This document shows, in pieces, positions 39,136-49,300 of a DNA stretch of 64,000 nucleotides. The position numbers and the translations under genes were made by a program. The DNA is taken from positions 13,896-77,895 of the forward strand of contig CAZUXW010000006.1 of the NCBI GenBank assembly GCA_964624625.1, read 5' to 3'. The stretch is from an uncultured bacterium (GTDB taxonomy: Bacteria; Oederibacteriota; Muellerivitia; Muellerivitales; Muellerivitaceae). The notes beneath the pieces were generated by a model. That model saw nothing but the letters and a program-made list of their open reading frames with translations. It did not search any database and had not been told where the DNA came from. Each line of letters starts with the position of its first letter. Position 1 is the stretch's first letter.

Positions 39136-40008
39136 TTAGGTTGTCCAACCTGCGAGAAATTCCTCAATGAGAATCGGTAAGTCGTCATGATAACCGCCTT
39201 CCAGGAGGGAGAAGACGGGTACATGAAGGCTTTTGAGGACCATTCCGATTTTATGGTAGTCCTTCCTCGTCAGACCGAATTGGGTTAAGGGGTCTTTCTC
39301 GTAGGTATCAAAACCCATGGAAACCCCTACCAGGTCCGGTTTGAAGGCCATGATTTTTTTCAGGGCTCCGTCTAAGGCCGGGAAGTAATCCCCTTCTTTC
39401 GTGCCTGGCGCCAAGGGATAGTTCACGCAATTCCCCTTCGACTGCCTTCCCGTGCCTGGATAGGCGGGAAACTGGTGGAGGGAGACATACATCAACCCCT
39501 CCTTCCCCAGGCAATAATCCTCGGTGCCATTGCCATGGTGGCAGTCCAGGTCCAGTACGGCGATGCGCTTGGCTTTGCCCTGTCGTAGCAAGTCCTGGAT
39601 GGCGACCGCCATGGAGTTGAAATAACAAAAGCCCATGGCCTGTTGGGGAGTGGCATGGTGGCCGGGTGGACGCATCAGGGAAAAGGTCGGGGTTCCCTTT
39701 AGGCTTTCTTCCGCCGCCTGGAGCGCCGCCCCCGCCGAGAGAAGGCTCGAAGCGTAGATGCCGGGGCCTCCGGGTGTGTCCGGGTCAAAATAACCCTCGG
39801 CCTGGACCAGGTTCACCAAGGAAATTCCGTGAACGGCCTGGATTTTCGCGATCGGGGCAGGGACCGGCTCCTCGAAAACAGAGGCCGGCAGGATGGTTTT
39901 TAAATATTCCAGGGATCTCAAAACCCTGGCAGGCTGCTCGGGATGGCCGGAAATATCGTAGAGGCCGGCCTTGGGAGTGGAAAGAATTTTTAAATTTATT
40001 CCAGTCAC
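39136..40008 (-). CDS. Histone-deacetylase-family protein (AcuC/AphA-like)
   Basis: HPEQPAR, RPPGHHA, GFCYFN, DLDCHHGNGTE, SLHQ, GFDTYEKDPL, LEGGY. Confidence 0.92.
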   Translation of the reverse strand: MTGINLKILSTPKAGLYDISGHPEQPARVLRSLEYLKTILPASVFEEPVPAPIAKIQAVHGISLVNLVQAEGYFDPDTPGGPGIYASSLLSAGAALQAAEESLKGTPTFSLMRPPGHHATPQQAMGFCYFNSMAVAIQDLLRQGKAKRIAVLDLDCHHGNGTEDYCLGKEGLMYVSLHQFPAYPGTGRQSKGNCVNYPLAPGTKEGDYFPALDGALKKIMAFKPDLVGVSMGFDTYEKDPLTQFGLTRKDYHKIGMVLKSLHVPVFSLLEGGYHDDLPILIEEFLAGWTT

Positions 40009-40016
40009 TGCGTTTC

Positions 40017-40108
40017 ACCACCATGGCACCAAGACACCAAGGACGGCAAAAAATTCATGTACAAAGACTCTTTTTTCACGGTTCTTGGTGTCTTGGTGCC
40101 TTGGTGGT
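40017..40108. repeat. 24/25-bp inverted repeat, CACCAAG family
   Basis: ACCACCATGGCACCAAGACACCAAG (40017-40041) versus CTTGGTGTCTTGGTGCCTTGGTGGT (40084-40108). Confidence 0.9.
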
Positions 40109-40128
40109 TCATTTCGGAAGGTTCTTTC

Positions 40129-40566
40129 TTATTTTCCGCCGGCATGGCGGCGGAGTTTTTCGGCCAGGAGGTACTTGTCCAGGCGGATCACGTCCTGTTT
40201 ATTGATGGCTAATATTTTAAGACCAGCCCGGAAGGTGGAACCATTGCTCCCGGAGGATTCGGCGTCCGCACGGATCACCTCCGCGATGAGGGTGATCGGA
40301 GCCGGGTAATTGGGAAGGTAAAGGTGGATTTCCAAGGCCATGTCCGGGGGAAAAGCCACTTGGCCCACCAGGGACATGCCCCCCATTGAAATATCCCTGG
40401 TCACGGCGTGGACGATGGCGGATTTCTTGGATAACTCGGGAAGCTGGTCCGTGGTGGATTCCCGGTAGGAGGGGTTGGAAAGGGTGCTTAACAAATCGGC
40501 TTTGGGGATCAGGCAATAGGTCACCTTGACCGAGGCGTCAATGCGCTCGAACTGACGTTTTTCCAT
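40129..40566 (-). CDS. Single-domain PilZ protein
   Basis: EKRQFER (RxxxR) and DISMGG (DxSxGG) c-di-GMP-binding motifs; ATG 40566. Confidence 0.85.
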   Translation of the reverse strand: MEKRQFERIDASVKVTYCLIPKADLLSTLSNPSYRESTTDQLPELSKKSAIVHAVTRDISMGGMSLVGQVAFPPDMALEIHLYLPNYPAPITLIAEVIRADAESSGSNGSTFRAGLKILAINKQDVIRLDKYLLAEKLRRHAGGK

Positions 40567-40618
40567 CCATCCCGTGTGCAGGACCATTAAACACCCCTAA
40601 AATCCGTCCTCTGTCGTC

Positions 40619-40654
40619 CGTCCTTCGCCAAAACTTAAGCTTAAGCGGAGGACG
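40619..40654. repeat. GTCCTTCGC..GGAGGAC palindromic element
   Basis: CGTCCTTCGC / GCGGAGGACG arms enclosing the perfect palindrome CTTAAGCTTAAG. Confidence 0.6.
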
Positions 40655-40681
40655 AACAGCGAACAACTAAGGACGGGTTTG

Positions 40682-40891
40682 TCACTTCTTCCAATGAATG
40701 CAGGATACGGGACAGCCGTTCATGGCGTCCTGGATTTTTTCTTCCGAGTCCCCCTGGGGATTATAAACTTCCGCCAATCCATCGGAGGTCATCCGAAATA
40801 CCTTGGGGGCCTCCACCACGCAGGCCTCACAGCCGGTGCATTCCAAAGGGTCGACAAAGGAAATTCGGTTTAACTTCTTCAGATTACCCAT
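40682..40891 (-). CDS. Single-cluster ferredoxin
   Basis: CTGCEAC ... CPVSCI. Confidence 0.9.
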   Translation of the reverse strand: MGNLKKLNRISFVDPLECTGCEACVVEAPKVFRMTSDGLAEVYNPQGDSEEKIQDAMNGCPVSCIHWKK

Positions 40892-40970
40892 AACGGCTCA
40901 AATTCCTGAATCTTGATGTTGGTACTAGGTCGTCCCTGATACCTTGCCCCTGGTGCCTGGAACCGGTTTA

Positions 40971-41954
40971 TTAAAACTGGACCCCAAACGAGGTGCTTCC
41001 GGCGATATCCGCTCCGTTGGATTCCCCCACCACGGACCACTTGAAACCTTCACCCAGGTCAAACCCAGCGACGAATTTGGGCTCAAAAACCGTTGGAACT
41101 GCTGAGGTCGCCACCGTGAAATTGGCCGCGGCGCTGCTGGAGGATCCTCCCGTGACATCCACCGTGCCGGCGGAGGACATGGAGGAGGAAACGCTTCCCG
41201 AGTTGCGTTGGAATCCCACTCCCACGTAGGGAAAAATCATTCCCAGGTTTTTACCGACCATGATTTTAGCCCCGAGGCTTCTCACGTCCCAATTGAGGGA
41301 ATAAACGGAGGTGCTGGACAAATTGGCGTTATAGGTCGTCGAGTCATGGGTATCCGGGTAGCTGCCGCTCTGGCTCACCTTGGTGGTAAAAGCCATGTTC
41401 CCGTTCATCCTGTCCCAACTCACATCCACCGTCACGGTCGGCAATTGGAGGCCGTCCAAAATTTTGTAGCGCAGGTCCAATCCCCACCCCGTGTAATTGG
41501 CCGCGAAGCCGAAATCCGGCAGGTTGATCTGCGGCAGGATGGACAAGCGCAACCCTAAGTCCAAGCCGTTCATGAGACCCACCCTGGCGGTCCCCACGGG
41601 AAAAGGGATCGGAACCACGGAGGGAATATTAAGGTTGTCTTTCCCCGAGGCCGCCAGCAAACTTAAATTATTGAGTCCCGGGACCGCGATAAAATCCGCG
41701 CCCAAACCCACGCCAACTTCCACCCTGGGCCCTAGGAGAAGGTCAAAAACACCGGGCGGGGCGCTCCATCCCAGAGTGGAAAAAAATCCTAGGCTCTTGG
41801 CGAAGGGACTATTCACGGTCGCCGCGATGGTGCCGTAATCGGCCGCCATATCCGCGACGAAGTCATCCGCGGGAGTAGCGCCAACGGGAGCCGAGAAGGC
41901 CGCCGCCATGGACAGGCCCAAACCCAGTCCCAAGAGGGGCTGACGTGAAAACAT
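40971..41954 (-). CDS. Putative outer-membrane beta-barrel protein (DUF6588-like)
   Basis: Signal peptide, amphipathic strands (LDLGLRL, GLDLRYKI, PYVGVGF), C-terminal FGVQF. Confidence 0.55.
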   Translation of the reverse strand: MFSRQPLLGLGLGLSMAAAFSAPVGATPADDFVADMAADYGTIAATVNSPFAKSLGFFSTLGWSAPPGVFDLLLGPRVEVGVGLGADFIAVPGLNNLSLLAASGKDNLNIPSVVPIPFPVGTARVGLMNGLDLGLRLSILPQINLPDFGFAANYTGWGLDLRYKILDGLQLPTVTVDVSWDRMNGNMAFTTKVSQSGSYPDTHDSTTYNANLSSTSVYSLNWDVRSLGAKIMVGKNLGMIFPYVGVGFQRNSGSVSSSMSSAGTVDVTGGSSSSAAANFTVATSAVPTVFEPKFVAGFDLGEGFKWSVVGESNGADIAGSTSFGVQF

Positions 41955-42071
41955 TTTTTCCCTTCCCCAGGCGAATAAGATTTAATAGGCGCCAACAAAC
42001 TTACTCTAAGCGAGGATTCTGTAAATGAAAAGTGTTTACGTTAAAACAGTTGAAATATTGGCGAAATTGGA

Positions 42072-42800
42072 GTGGCTTTGAATTGGACTGACGGTCCTTT
42101 GGTTTTGGGCCAATTCGTGGAACGGCTTCATCGATTTGGGGCTACCGTGATAGTGGGCGGCCGCCGGGAATATTGCCATGTTCCCAACTCGGGCCGGCTG
42201 CGGGAACTGCTTTACCCAGGCGCCAAGGTCGCCCTGGTAGACCACCAACCTAAATTAAAAATTAAAATGACCCGAAAGACCCGTTTTGCATTGCGCTTGG
42301 CTTTTTATCAAAGACGTTGGGTCTGCATCGAGGCCAACATCGCCCCCAAGCTCCTTCACGAGGGTTGGAAAAAAGGCCTGGTACCAGGACTGAAACCCTA
42401 CGACCAACTCCAGGCGGAAGTTTCCTTCAGCGTCCATACCCGCTTTGATTTTCAAGCGAGAAACTCCCAAACCGGTGAGAAGGCCTGGGTGGAGGTTAAG
42501 TGCGCCACCTTGGTGGACGAGAAAGGAATCGGGCGTTTTCCCGACGCTCCCTCGGAGAGGGCCTCCAAACACCTGCGGGAATTGACGGCCCAAGTCCATC
42601 GGCCCAAAACCAAATCTTTTGTTTTTTTTATTTTACAGAATCCCTTGGGAAAGGCGATGGGACCCCAGGACCAAAGGGATCCCATCTTTGGAAAAACATT
42701 GAGGCGGGCTTTCCGGCGGGGTGTCATCCTGGAGGCTTTCCGGGCTCGGGTCAATATCAAGGGAGCGAGCCTGGAAAGGCGAATCCGGGTTTTATTGTAA
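42072..42800 (+). CDS. sfsA: SfsA-family DNA-binding protein/nuclease
   Basis: HVPNSGRLRELL, RFDF, WVEVKCATL, RFPDAPSERASKHLREL. Confidence 0.9.
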   Translation: MALNWTDGPLVLGQFVERLHRFGATVIVGGRREYCHVPNSGRLRELLYPGAKVALVDHQPKLKIKMTRKTRFALRLAFYQRRWVCIEANIAPKLLHEGWKKGLVPGLKPYDQLQAEVSFSVHTRFDFQARNSQTGEKAWVEVKCATLVDEKGIGRFPDAPSERASKHLRELTAQVHRPKTKSFVFFILQNPLGKAMGPQDQRDPIFGKTLRRAFRRGVILEAFRARVNIKGASLERRIRVLL

Positions 42801-43739
42801 GTGGTACTTGACCACCCGGCTGTTGCCGTTGTCGGTCACATAGACATTGCCGTTACCGTCAAGGGCCATGGCGATGGGATGGTTCAACTGCTGGAAAGCA
42901 GTACCGGTCTGGCCCCATTGCGTCAGGTATTTTCCGTTGGTGTCGAACTCCTGGATACGGTCGTTCCCGGCGTCCACCACGAACACATGCCCGCTATTAT
43001 CCAGTTTCACGTCGGTAGGGTTGGCGAAGCTGCCGTTCCCCGTTCCCACTTGTCCCCAGCTGGTGGTGGTCCTGGTTTGGACATTGAATTTGGTGATGTT
43101 ATTTCCCTGATAATCCGCGACGTAAACATTGCCGTCGCTGTCCGCCGCCATTCCGATGGGATAATTGAACTGTCCGTCCAGGTTCCCGTTTTTGCCCCAC
43201 GGAACCGCAGTCGAGGAACCCAATTGCCAAACCACGTTGGAAATGTCCGAGACCAACAGCCCGCCGTTCGGGTACAGGGCCACTCCCACCGGATAGGAGA
43301 AGCTGTCCCCGCCCAAGGAGGCGGAATCGAATTGTTTCACGAAATTTCCGGCCGCGTCCATCTCCTCAACCCGCCGATTGCCCGAATCGGCGACGTACAA
43401 GAGCCCGTCAGCGCTCACGGCCAAACCGAAGGGATGCTTAAACTGGCCCGCTCCGGTTCCCATGCTTCCCCAAGCCGTAACCGCGTTCCCGTTGGAATCG
43501 AACTTGAGAACCTGGTTCCCGTCCACATCCACCACGTAAATGTTATTGTTCGCATCGACTCCCACCCCCGCCGGGGAGCTGCCGCTGCTCCATTGGCTGA
43601 CAAAGGAAGCTCTTTCGACCTGCGTACCGGGAGCCACTGCCAAGGAGGTATTGGGAGCCGAGGGCAAATTGGCTTTCGTACAGCCCAACGGCCCTCCCAG
43701 TAGGAATCCCGCCGCTAAGATCAGTAGTAATTTTTTCAT
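42792..43739 (-). CDS. NHL-repeat (six-bladed beta-propeller) lipoprotein
   Basis: Lipobox PLGC; repeated PxGxAxDxxGNVYVAD / GQFxxP units. Confidence 0.88.
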   Translation of the reverse strand: MKKLLLILAAGFLLGGPLGCTKANLPSAPNTSLAVAPGTQVERASFVSQWSSGSSPAGVGVDANNNIYVVDVDGNQVLKFDSNGNAVTAWGSMGTGAGQFKHPFGLAVSADGLLYVADSGNRRVEEMDAAGNFVKQFDSASLGGDSFSYPVGVALYPNGGLLVSDISNVVWQLGSSTAVPWGKNGNLDGQFNYPIGMAADSDGNVYVADYQGNNITKFNVQTRTTTSWGQVGTGNGSFANPTDVKLDNSGHVFVVDAGNDRIQEFDTNGKYLTQWGQTGTAFQQLNHPIAMALDGNGNVYVTDNGNSRVVKYHLQ

Positions 43740-43816
43740 TCGAGCACCGCCCCTTTGTTGTTGGTCTCCGGGTTTGAACTTCAAACTTCAATTCATTCCG
43801 GATGCCTATCCTTAAG

Positions 43817-43832
43817 GCAACGGTTGTGCCAA
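43817..43832 (-). promoter_or_regulatory. Sigma54 (-24/-12) promoter of the NHL lipoprotein gene
   Basis: Minus strand TTGGCAC-aaccg-TTGC, an exact match to the TGGCAC-N5-TTGC consensus, about 78 nt from the ATG at 43739. Confidence 0.7.
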
Positions 43833-43991
43833 GTGGAAAGGGACTTATTCACTGAAAATATTGGATTCTACTGGGAGAGGGGAAAGCGGAATTTGGGTTA
43901 AAAGGGAACGAGCGGGTAAAAATGACTCAAGGGGTTTTGACCGAGATAACCGCATCATGAAACGGCCGGGAAATATCCAGGCCAGGGGCCG

Positions 43992-44168
43992 CTATTCCGC
44001 GTATGACGCGAGGGCCATTTCCTCCACAAACGATCTACGGACCTGTTGGTCCAATAAATAGCAATCGGGGCAATCATGGATATGCTTTTGGATCCATTCC
44101 AATTGTGAGGGTGTAAGCTGGCGTCGGAGATAGACACTGTAAGCCTGATGAACTTGCCGACAATCCAT
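43992..44168 (-). CDS. 58-aa stand-alone ZAS (zf-HC2, anti-sigma-type) zinc-finger protein, absent from the ORF track
   Basis: Hand translation: MDCRQVHQAYSVYLRRQLTPSQLEWIQKHIHDCPDCYLLDQQVRRSFVEEMALASYAE*; Cys3 plus H-x3-C-x2-C; G-rich SD-like run upstream. Confidence 0.75.
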   Translation of the reverse strand: MDCRQVHQAYSVYLRRQLTPSQLEWIQKHIHDCPDCYLLDQQVRRSFVEEMALASYAE

Positions 44169-44425
44169 GGTTTCCCCCCAAAAAAGGTATTTTCCACGAA
44201 AGCTTTCAAATGGCGGTTAAAAACATACCCCATCACGAACCCATTTCATAACAAAAAATGGGCGCCGGGGAATCGTGAAACCTTGGGAAGTAAGGGGAAA
44301 ACATCTGCCGAATCACCGCGGAGAACCAGCGACCACAAGGTTTGGCGGAAAACACTGGAAATCGGAAGCCAGGGAGGGGAGGGGATTTTTCACGGCCTCG
44401 TCAGATTCGGCCTTATCTTCCCCTC

Positions 44426-44466
44426 AAAAAAGAAAAGGCCGCCTCATTCAAGAAGCGGCCTTTTTT
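44426..44466. terminator. Bidirectional intrinsic terminator after the pilin gene
   Basis: AAAAGGCCGC..GCGGCCTTTT with A/T tracts on both sides. Confidence 0.8.
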
Positions 44467-44487
44467 CAACTGACTTTTAACTAAAAC

Positions 44488-44943
44488 TTATTCAAACCCG
44501 TAGAACGAATAAGGAATCGACTTCGAGTCCTTGACCGTGCTGTTGACGTAGACATTTCCAAAGCTGCTGTCGTACATCCAACCGGTCGAGCCAGTGTTTG
44601 GCACGCCGCTGCCGGCCGTCATCGTCACCAAGGCTCCAGCGGGACTCTGGGCACCCGCCACGAAGGCCGCCGTCACCTTCACTGGCGAAATGTTATCCAA
44701 GTACCTGCTGAAAGAGTAGGTTGAAACGGACGAAAGAGTGGTCGGCCAGATGCCTTGGGTGTCTCCATAATAAATGGAGGCGGCTGACTTGATGCTACCC
44801 AAGTTACCTTTGGTCGATCCTTCCCTGGATTTTTCCAACATTTGGGCAAAGCGCGGAATCGCGATCGCCGCCAAAATACCGATGATCGCGACAACGATCA
44901 TCAGCTCAATCAACGTAAAACCTTTTGCTTTTAAACGAACCAT
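44488..44943 (-). CDS. Type IV pilin / GspG-like prepilin
   Basis: [24 protein letters not shown] class III signal; [14 protein letters not shown] segment. Confidence 0.9.
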   Translation of the reverse strand: MVRLKAKGFTLIELMIVVAIIGILAAIAIPRFAQMLEKSREGSTKGNLGSIKSAASIYYGDTQGIWPTTLSSVSTYSFSRYLDNISPVKVTAAFVAGAQSPAGALVTMTAGSGVPNTGSTGWMYDSSFGNVYVNSTVKDSKSIPYSFYGFE

Positions 44944-45070
44944 AACAGACTCCTCCCAACCTTGATAACTACCCTGCTACTTTTAGTATACCCCTAAATT
45001 CAAAAAACAAAACCCTTTCAATTTCCGGGCCTAACAATGTTATCGACAAAGCCCCATTTTCAGGCCTGAA

Positions 45071-45403
45071 TCAATCCTTTGGGGGTATGTTTTTAGGCAT
45101 TTTTACCATGTCCATACCGCATTCCGGGCACTTTCCAGGCTTATCCGCCTTGATATGGCACATGGGACAAATCCAGGAATCCTTTTCCACTACCGAGGGC
45201 GAAGCTTTTTTATCGGCCTTGGATTTTTTCATGGATTTCATTTTCTTGGACACACCGAGGGCTCCTGGGCCCTTTTTCAAATTGGTTCCGGCGGTCTGGC
45301 TGGTTGCTTGATTTCCAACCGCTTCCTCGGCCTGAGCGATGGACGCGGCCATCAACGAACACGCCAATAACAGGGCGGCCATGGACTTTAGGAATCTTTT
45401 CAT
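45071..45403 (-). CDS. Secreted small protein with heavy-metal-binding domain (HMBD-like)
   Basis: Signal peptide, Lys-rich linker, WICPMCH..KPGKCPECGMDM. Confidence 0.8.
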   Translation of the reverse strand: MKRFLKSMAALLLACSLMAASIAQAEEAVGNQATSQTAGTNLKKGPGALGVSKKMKSMKKSKADKKASPSVVEKDSWICPMCHIKADKPGKCPECGMDMVKMPKNIPPKD

Positions 45404-45519
45404 TCAAATCTCCTTTTAATCATAGTTTGCTTCTCCAACCCATCCACCCAACACAAATAAGTGAACCCCCGGACATCCGCGGGTCCGCCCGGCGGCTTGT
45501 ACCGAAGGATCGCCCCGCA

Positions 45520-45891
45520 TCAGCTGGGGGACGAGATTTTTTTCAGGTGGGCGGCCAACAGTTCCAAATCCTCTTCCTTCATGGCTAAAAAGTGAATACC
45601 AGCCCCCGTCTCGTTCGCCCACGCGACCTCGGCGAAAGCCGAGATGGGATTCATCCGCTCCGGAATGGAAACCTTCAGGCTTAGGAGCGTCCCGATTTTC
45701 AAGGCTTGATCCGCCACGATATACATACCGCCCAAGCTCGTGTCGAGGGTCTCGGCGTTCTTGGTTTTTGCCCCCAACTCCCGGATATTTTTGATCTCTT
45801 CCTGGTCGTCCATCAACCGGTAGGAGACTGGAATTTTCGTGGGGATCCGGGAATGGGCCCTTTTATCTAAAAACATATCCGCTTTAGGCAT
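45520..45891 (-). CDS. Single-domain PilZ protein
   Basis: DKRAHSR and DTSLGG motifs. Confidence 0.85.
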   Translation of the reverse strand: MPKADMFLDKRAHSRIPTKIPVSYRLMDDQEEIKNIRELGAKTKNAETLDTSLGGMYIVADQALKIGTLLSLKVSIPERMNPISAFAEVAWANETGAGIHFLAMKEEDLELLAAHLKKISSPS

Positions 45892-46019
45892 TTTTTCACT
45901 TTTCCATTACTAAATTGAGAATATAGGACTCATTCTAGCCTGATTACCAATGATAATCACTTGAACATTTGTAAAATCATCCCAATTGGTAAGCGGTTAA
46001 CCAGTCCGGAGTCCAATAT

Positions 46020-46292
46020 TTATTTTTTAATCTCCAATTCCATGCCGCACTTCGGACATTTGCCATCCGCCGTCTTGGGGCCGCTGTAATCCCCCATCGG
46101 GCAAACCCAGACCGCCATCTCTTTTTTCGGACCTGCCGATTTTTTCTTGATCTTGTTAGCCTTATGTTTCATGACAGGAGTCGAGCCAGCGGCCGGTCTG
46201 GAAATGCCTTCCATTTTGCCCAGGTCATCCGCCCCAACCTGAGAAACCGTTAACAATCCCATTCCCATCAACCAACACAATAATTTTTTCAT
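46020..46292 (-). CDS. Secreted small protein with heavy-metal-binding domain (HMBD-like)
   Basis: Signal peptide, Lys-rich linker, WVCPMGD..GKCPKCGMEL. Confidence 0.8.
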   Translation of the reverse strand: MKKLLCWLMGMGLLTVSQVGADDLGKMEGISRPAAGSTPVMKHKANKIKKKSAGPKKEMAVWVCPMGDYSGPKTADGKCPKCGMELEIKK

Positions 46293-46356
46293 GCCCCTGC
46301 TCCTTTTTTAATTACCAGTTATTTTTAAACCTGACGAATACCTCTTCCAAATCCCA

Positions 46357-49300
46357 TTAACCCACTTTCTTCACCAGCCTCCAAAACCAGCCGGACTTGT
46401 TTGGATTCACCTCGGTGTTCCATTTCCACATCGTGAATAGGACCGGGTAGACCAGCAGTTCCAATAGGAAGGAGGTAAAGACCCCTCCCACCATGGGCGC
46501 GGCGATGCGCTTCATGACATCGCTTCCCACCCCTGTGGAAAAAAGGATGGGAACTAATCCGAACCAGGCGGCGGAGACCGTCATCAATTTGGGGCGGAGC
46601 CGCTTAACGGCCCCCTCCATGACGGATTCCTCCAAGTCCCCGAGGTTATTGAGCTTTCCCCCTTCCTTTGATTTTTTATACGAAAGATTGAGGTAAAGCA
46701 ACATCACAACCCCCGTCTCGGCGTCCAATCCCGCCAAGGCGATCATGCCCACCCACACCGGCACCGAGGTGTTGTAGCCCAATAACCACAAGAGCCAAAC
46801 GGCCCCCACCAATGAAAAGGGCACTGCCATAAGAACAATGAGGGTTTCAGTAATGGACTTCGTGTTGAGGTGAATCAGGAGAAACACGATTAGAAGCGTC
46901 AAGGGAATCATGATCCGGAAACGCGCCGCCGCCTTCTCCATGTTCTCATATTGCCCGCTCCAGGCCAGGCTGGTTCCCGAGGGAAGCGCCACTTTTTCCG
47001 CCAACAACTTCTTGGCCTTCCGGACATAGCTGCCGATGTCGACTCCCTCGGTGTCCACGTAAATATATCCGGCCAAAAGCCCGTTCTCGTCACGGATCAT
47101 GCTGGGTCCAAGGGTCAAACTTACTTCCGCCAATTGGGCCAATTGAACCTTACTTCCGGAGGGCGTGGTCACCAAAACATGACGTATCTTGTCCACGTCA
47201 TCACGGTAGTCCTTGGCGAAGCGGACGTTCACCGAATATCGGCCCCTTCCCTCGACGGTCGTCGTGACATTGTCCCCTCCGATGGCCATCTCAATGATTT
47301 CGTTGACTTCCTCGAGGGTCAACCCATAACGGGCGATTTGGTCCCGAAGGGGCTGGATATCGATGTAATAGCCTCCTGTCACCCGCTCTGCGAAAACACT
47401 GCTGGTTCCCGAAAGGCCCCTTAAGGCCTTCTCAACCTCAATACCGACTCCCTCTATCGTCGCCAGGTCCCCGCCGACGACCTTGATGCCGATGGGTGTT
47501 TTCACCCCGCTGGTCAGCATATTGATCCGGTTGATGATGGGCATGGTCATGGCGTTGGCGTAGCCGGTGAATTGAAGCGCCGCGTTCATGTCGTGGACGA
47601 GCTTCTCCTGCGTCATCCCCCCGCGCCATTGGCTTTTAGGCTTCAGCCAAACGGTGGTTTCCACCATGGAAAAGGGAGCCGGATCCAGGGATGTCTCGGC
47701 CCGCCCCGCTTTCCCAAAAACCCTTTCCACTTCGGGGAAGGATTTTAAGACCTTGTCCTGGGCCTGTAATACCCTCCCTGCCTCCGTCACCGAAATGCCC
47801 GGGAGGGTTGTGGGCATATAAAGGAGCGAACCTTCCCAAAGCGGCGGCATATATTCACTGCCAAGCCTGGAGAAGGGAATGAAGGAGGCCGCGATCAACC
47901 CGATCGCGGTTAAAATAACATTGGCCCGGTTCCTCAAGGCCCACCTCGCCGGACCTTCATAAATTTTTCCAAAAACCCGGTTGAGGGGGTGCTTTTCCTC
48001 CGAAAGCATCTTGCCCCGGAGAAAAACGACCATCAGTACCGGCGTAAGGGTAATCGCCAGGAACGCGGCAAAAAACATGGAAAAGGTTTTCGTATAAGCC
48101 AGCGGGGAAAAAAGCCGGCCGTCTTGGCCTTGTAAGGCAAAAACCGGAAGGAATCCCACGGTGATAACCAGTAACGTGAAAAACAAAGAGGGGCCCACTT
48201 CCTTGGCCGCGTTCAATACCACCTGGACGCGGTCCCCTACCCTCCCGCCCTTTTCCCATTCGGAAAGCCTCGTGCAGGCGTTTTCCACCATGATGATGGA
48301 GGCGTCCACCATGGCCCCAATGGCGATGGCGATCCCCCCCAAACTCATGATGTTGGAGGAAACCCCCAGATATTTCATGGTGATGAAGGACATGAGGATG
48401 GCCACGGGAAGGGTCAGGATTATCACCAAGGCCGACGGCAGGTTCCATAGAAAGACCAGGCACACCACCGAAACCGCCACCGCCAGCTTGATCAGCTCGT
48501 GGGTCAGGGTCTTAATGGAGTCGTCAATGAGTTCCGACCTGTCATAGACCGGCACGATTTCCACGCCCGGCGGCAGGGAGGGTTTCAACTCCTCGATCTT
48601 TTGTTTTACCCTCTCGATGACTTTCAAGGCGTTCTCGCCGTAACGCGCTGTGACGATCCCCCCCACCACCTCGCCTTGGCCGTCCAGTTCCGCCACGCCG
48701 CGGCGCACATCCGGCCCGATTTGAACCTTCCCAATATCCCGGACTAAAACGGGGACTCCCTGCTTGTCCCTCCCCACCGCCACCTTCTCGATATCCTCAA
48801 TGCCTTTCAGATATCCAAGGCCCCGAACCATGTACTCGGCGCCATTGATGTCCAGAAGCCTTCCTCCTACCTGCCGGTTGGAACTGCGGATAGCCTCGAT
48901 CACTTGGGAAAAAGTCAGGTCATAGGCGGCCAAGGCATTGGGATTGATTTCAACTTGGTACTGCTTCGTCATCCCGCCGACCGTGGAGACTTCCGCCACC
49001 CCCGGAAGGCTTTGGAGGAGGTATCGAAGATTCCAATCCTGGTAGCTTTTCAAATCCGCCAAGCTATTCTTCCCGCTCTTGTCCACGAGGGCATATTGAT
49101 ATACCCATCCCACACCGGTGGCGTCCGGACCCATTTCCACACTGACCCCCTGGGGCAGGGAATTTTGCACCTTCGAAAGGTATTCCAAGACCCGGCTGCG
49201 GGCCCAATAGACGTCGGTCCCGTCCTCAAAAATAATGTAGACATAGGCGTATCCGAAATCCGAGAAGGCGCGGATCGCCTTCACTTTCGGCGCTCCTAAA

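Noticed and set aside
9993-40108. Short tandem/inverted repeats as CRISPR arrays
   Set aside because: No series of identical 23-47-nt repeats with unique, regularly sized spacers, and no cas genes.
43955-44236. 93-aa minus-strand ORF in the track
   Set aside because: No recognisable features; the overlapping 58-aa frame (43992-44168) carries a clear ZAS motif and is the better gene call.
45945-45963. AATGATAATCA partial Fur box upstream of the PilZ gene
   Set aside because: Only about 12/19 match with a broken right arm, in AT-rich DNA, and no iron-related gene follows.
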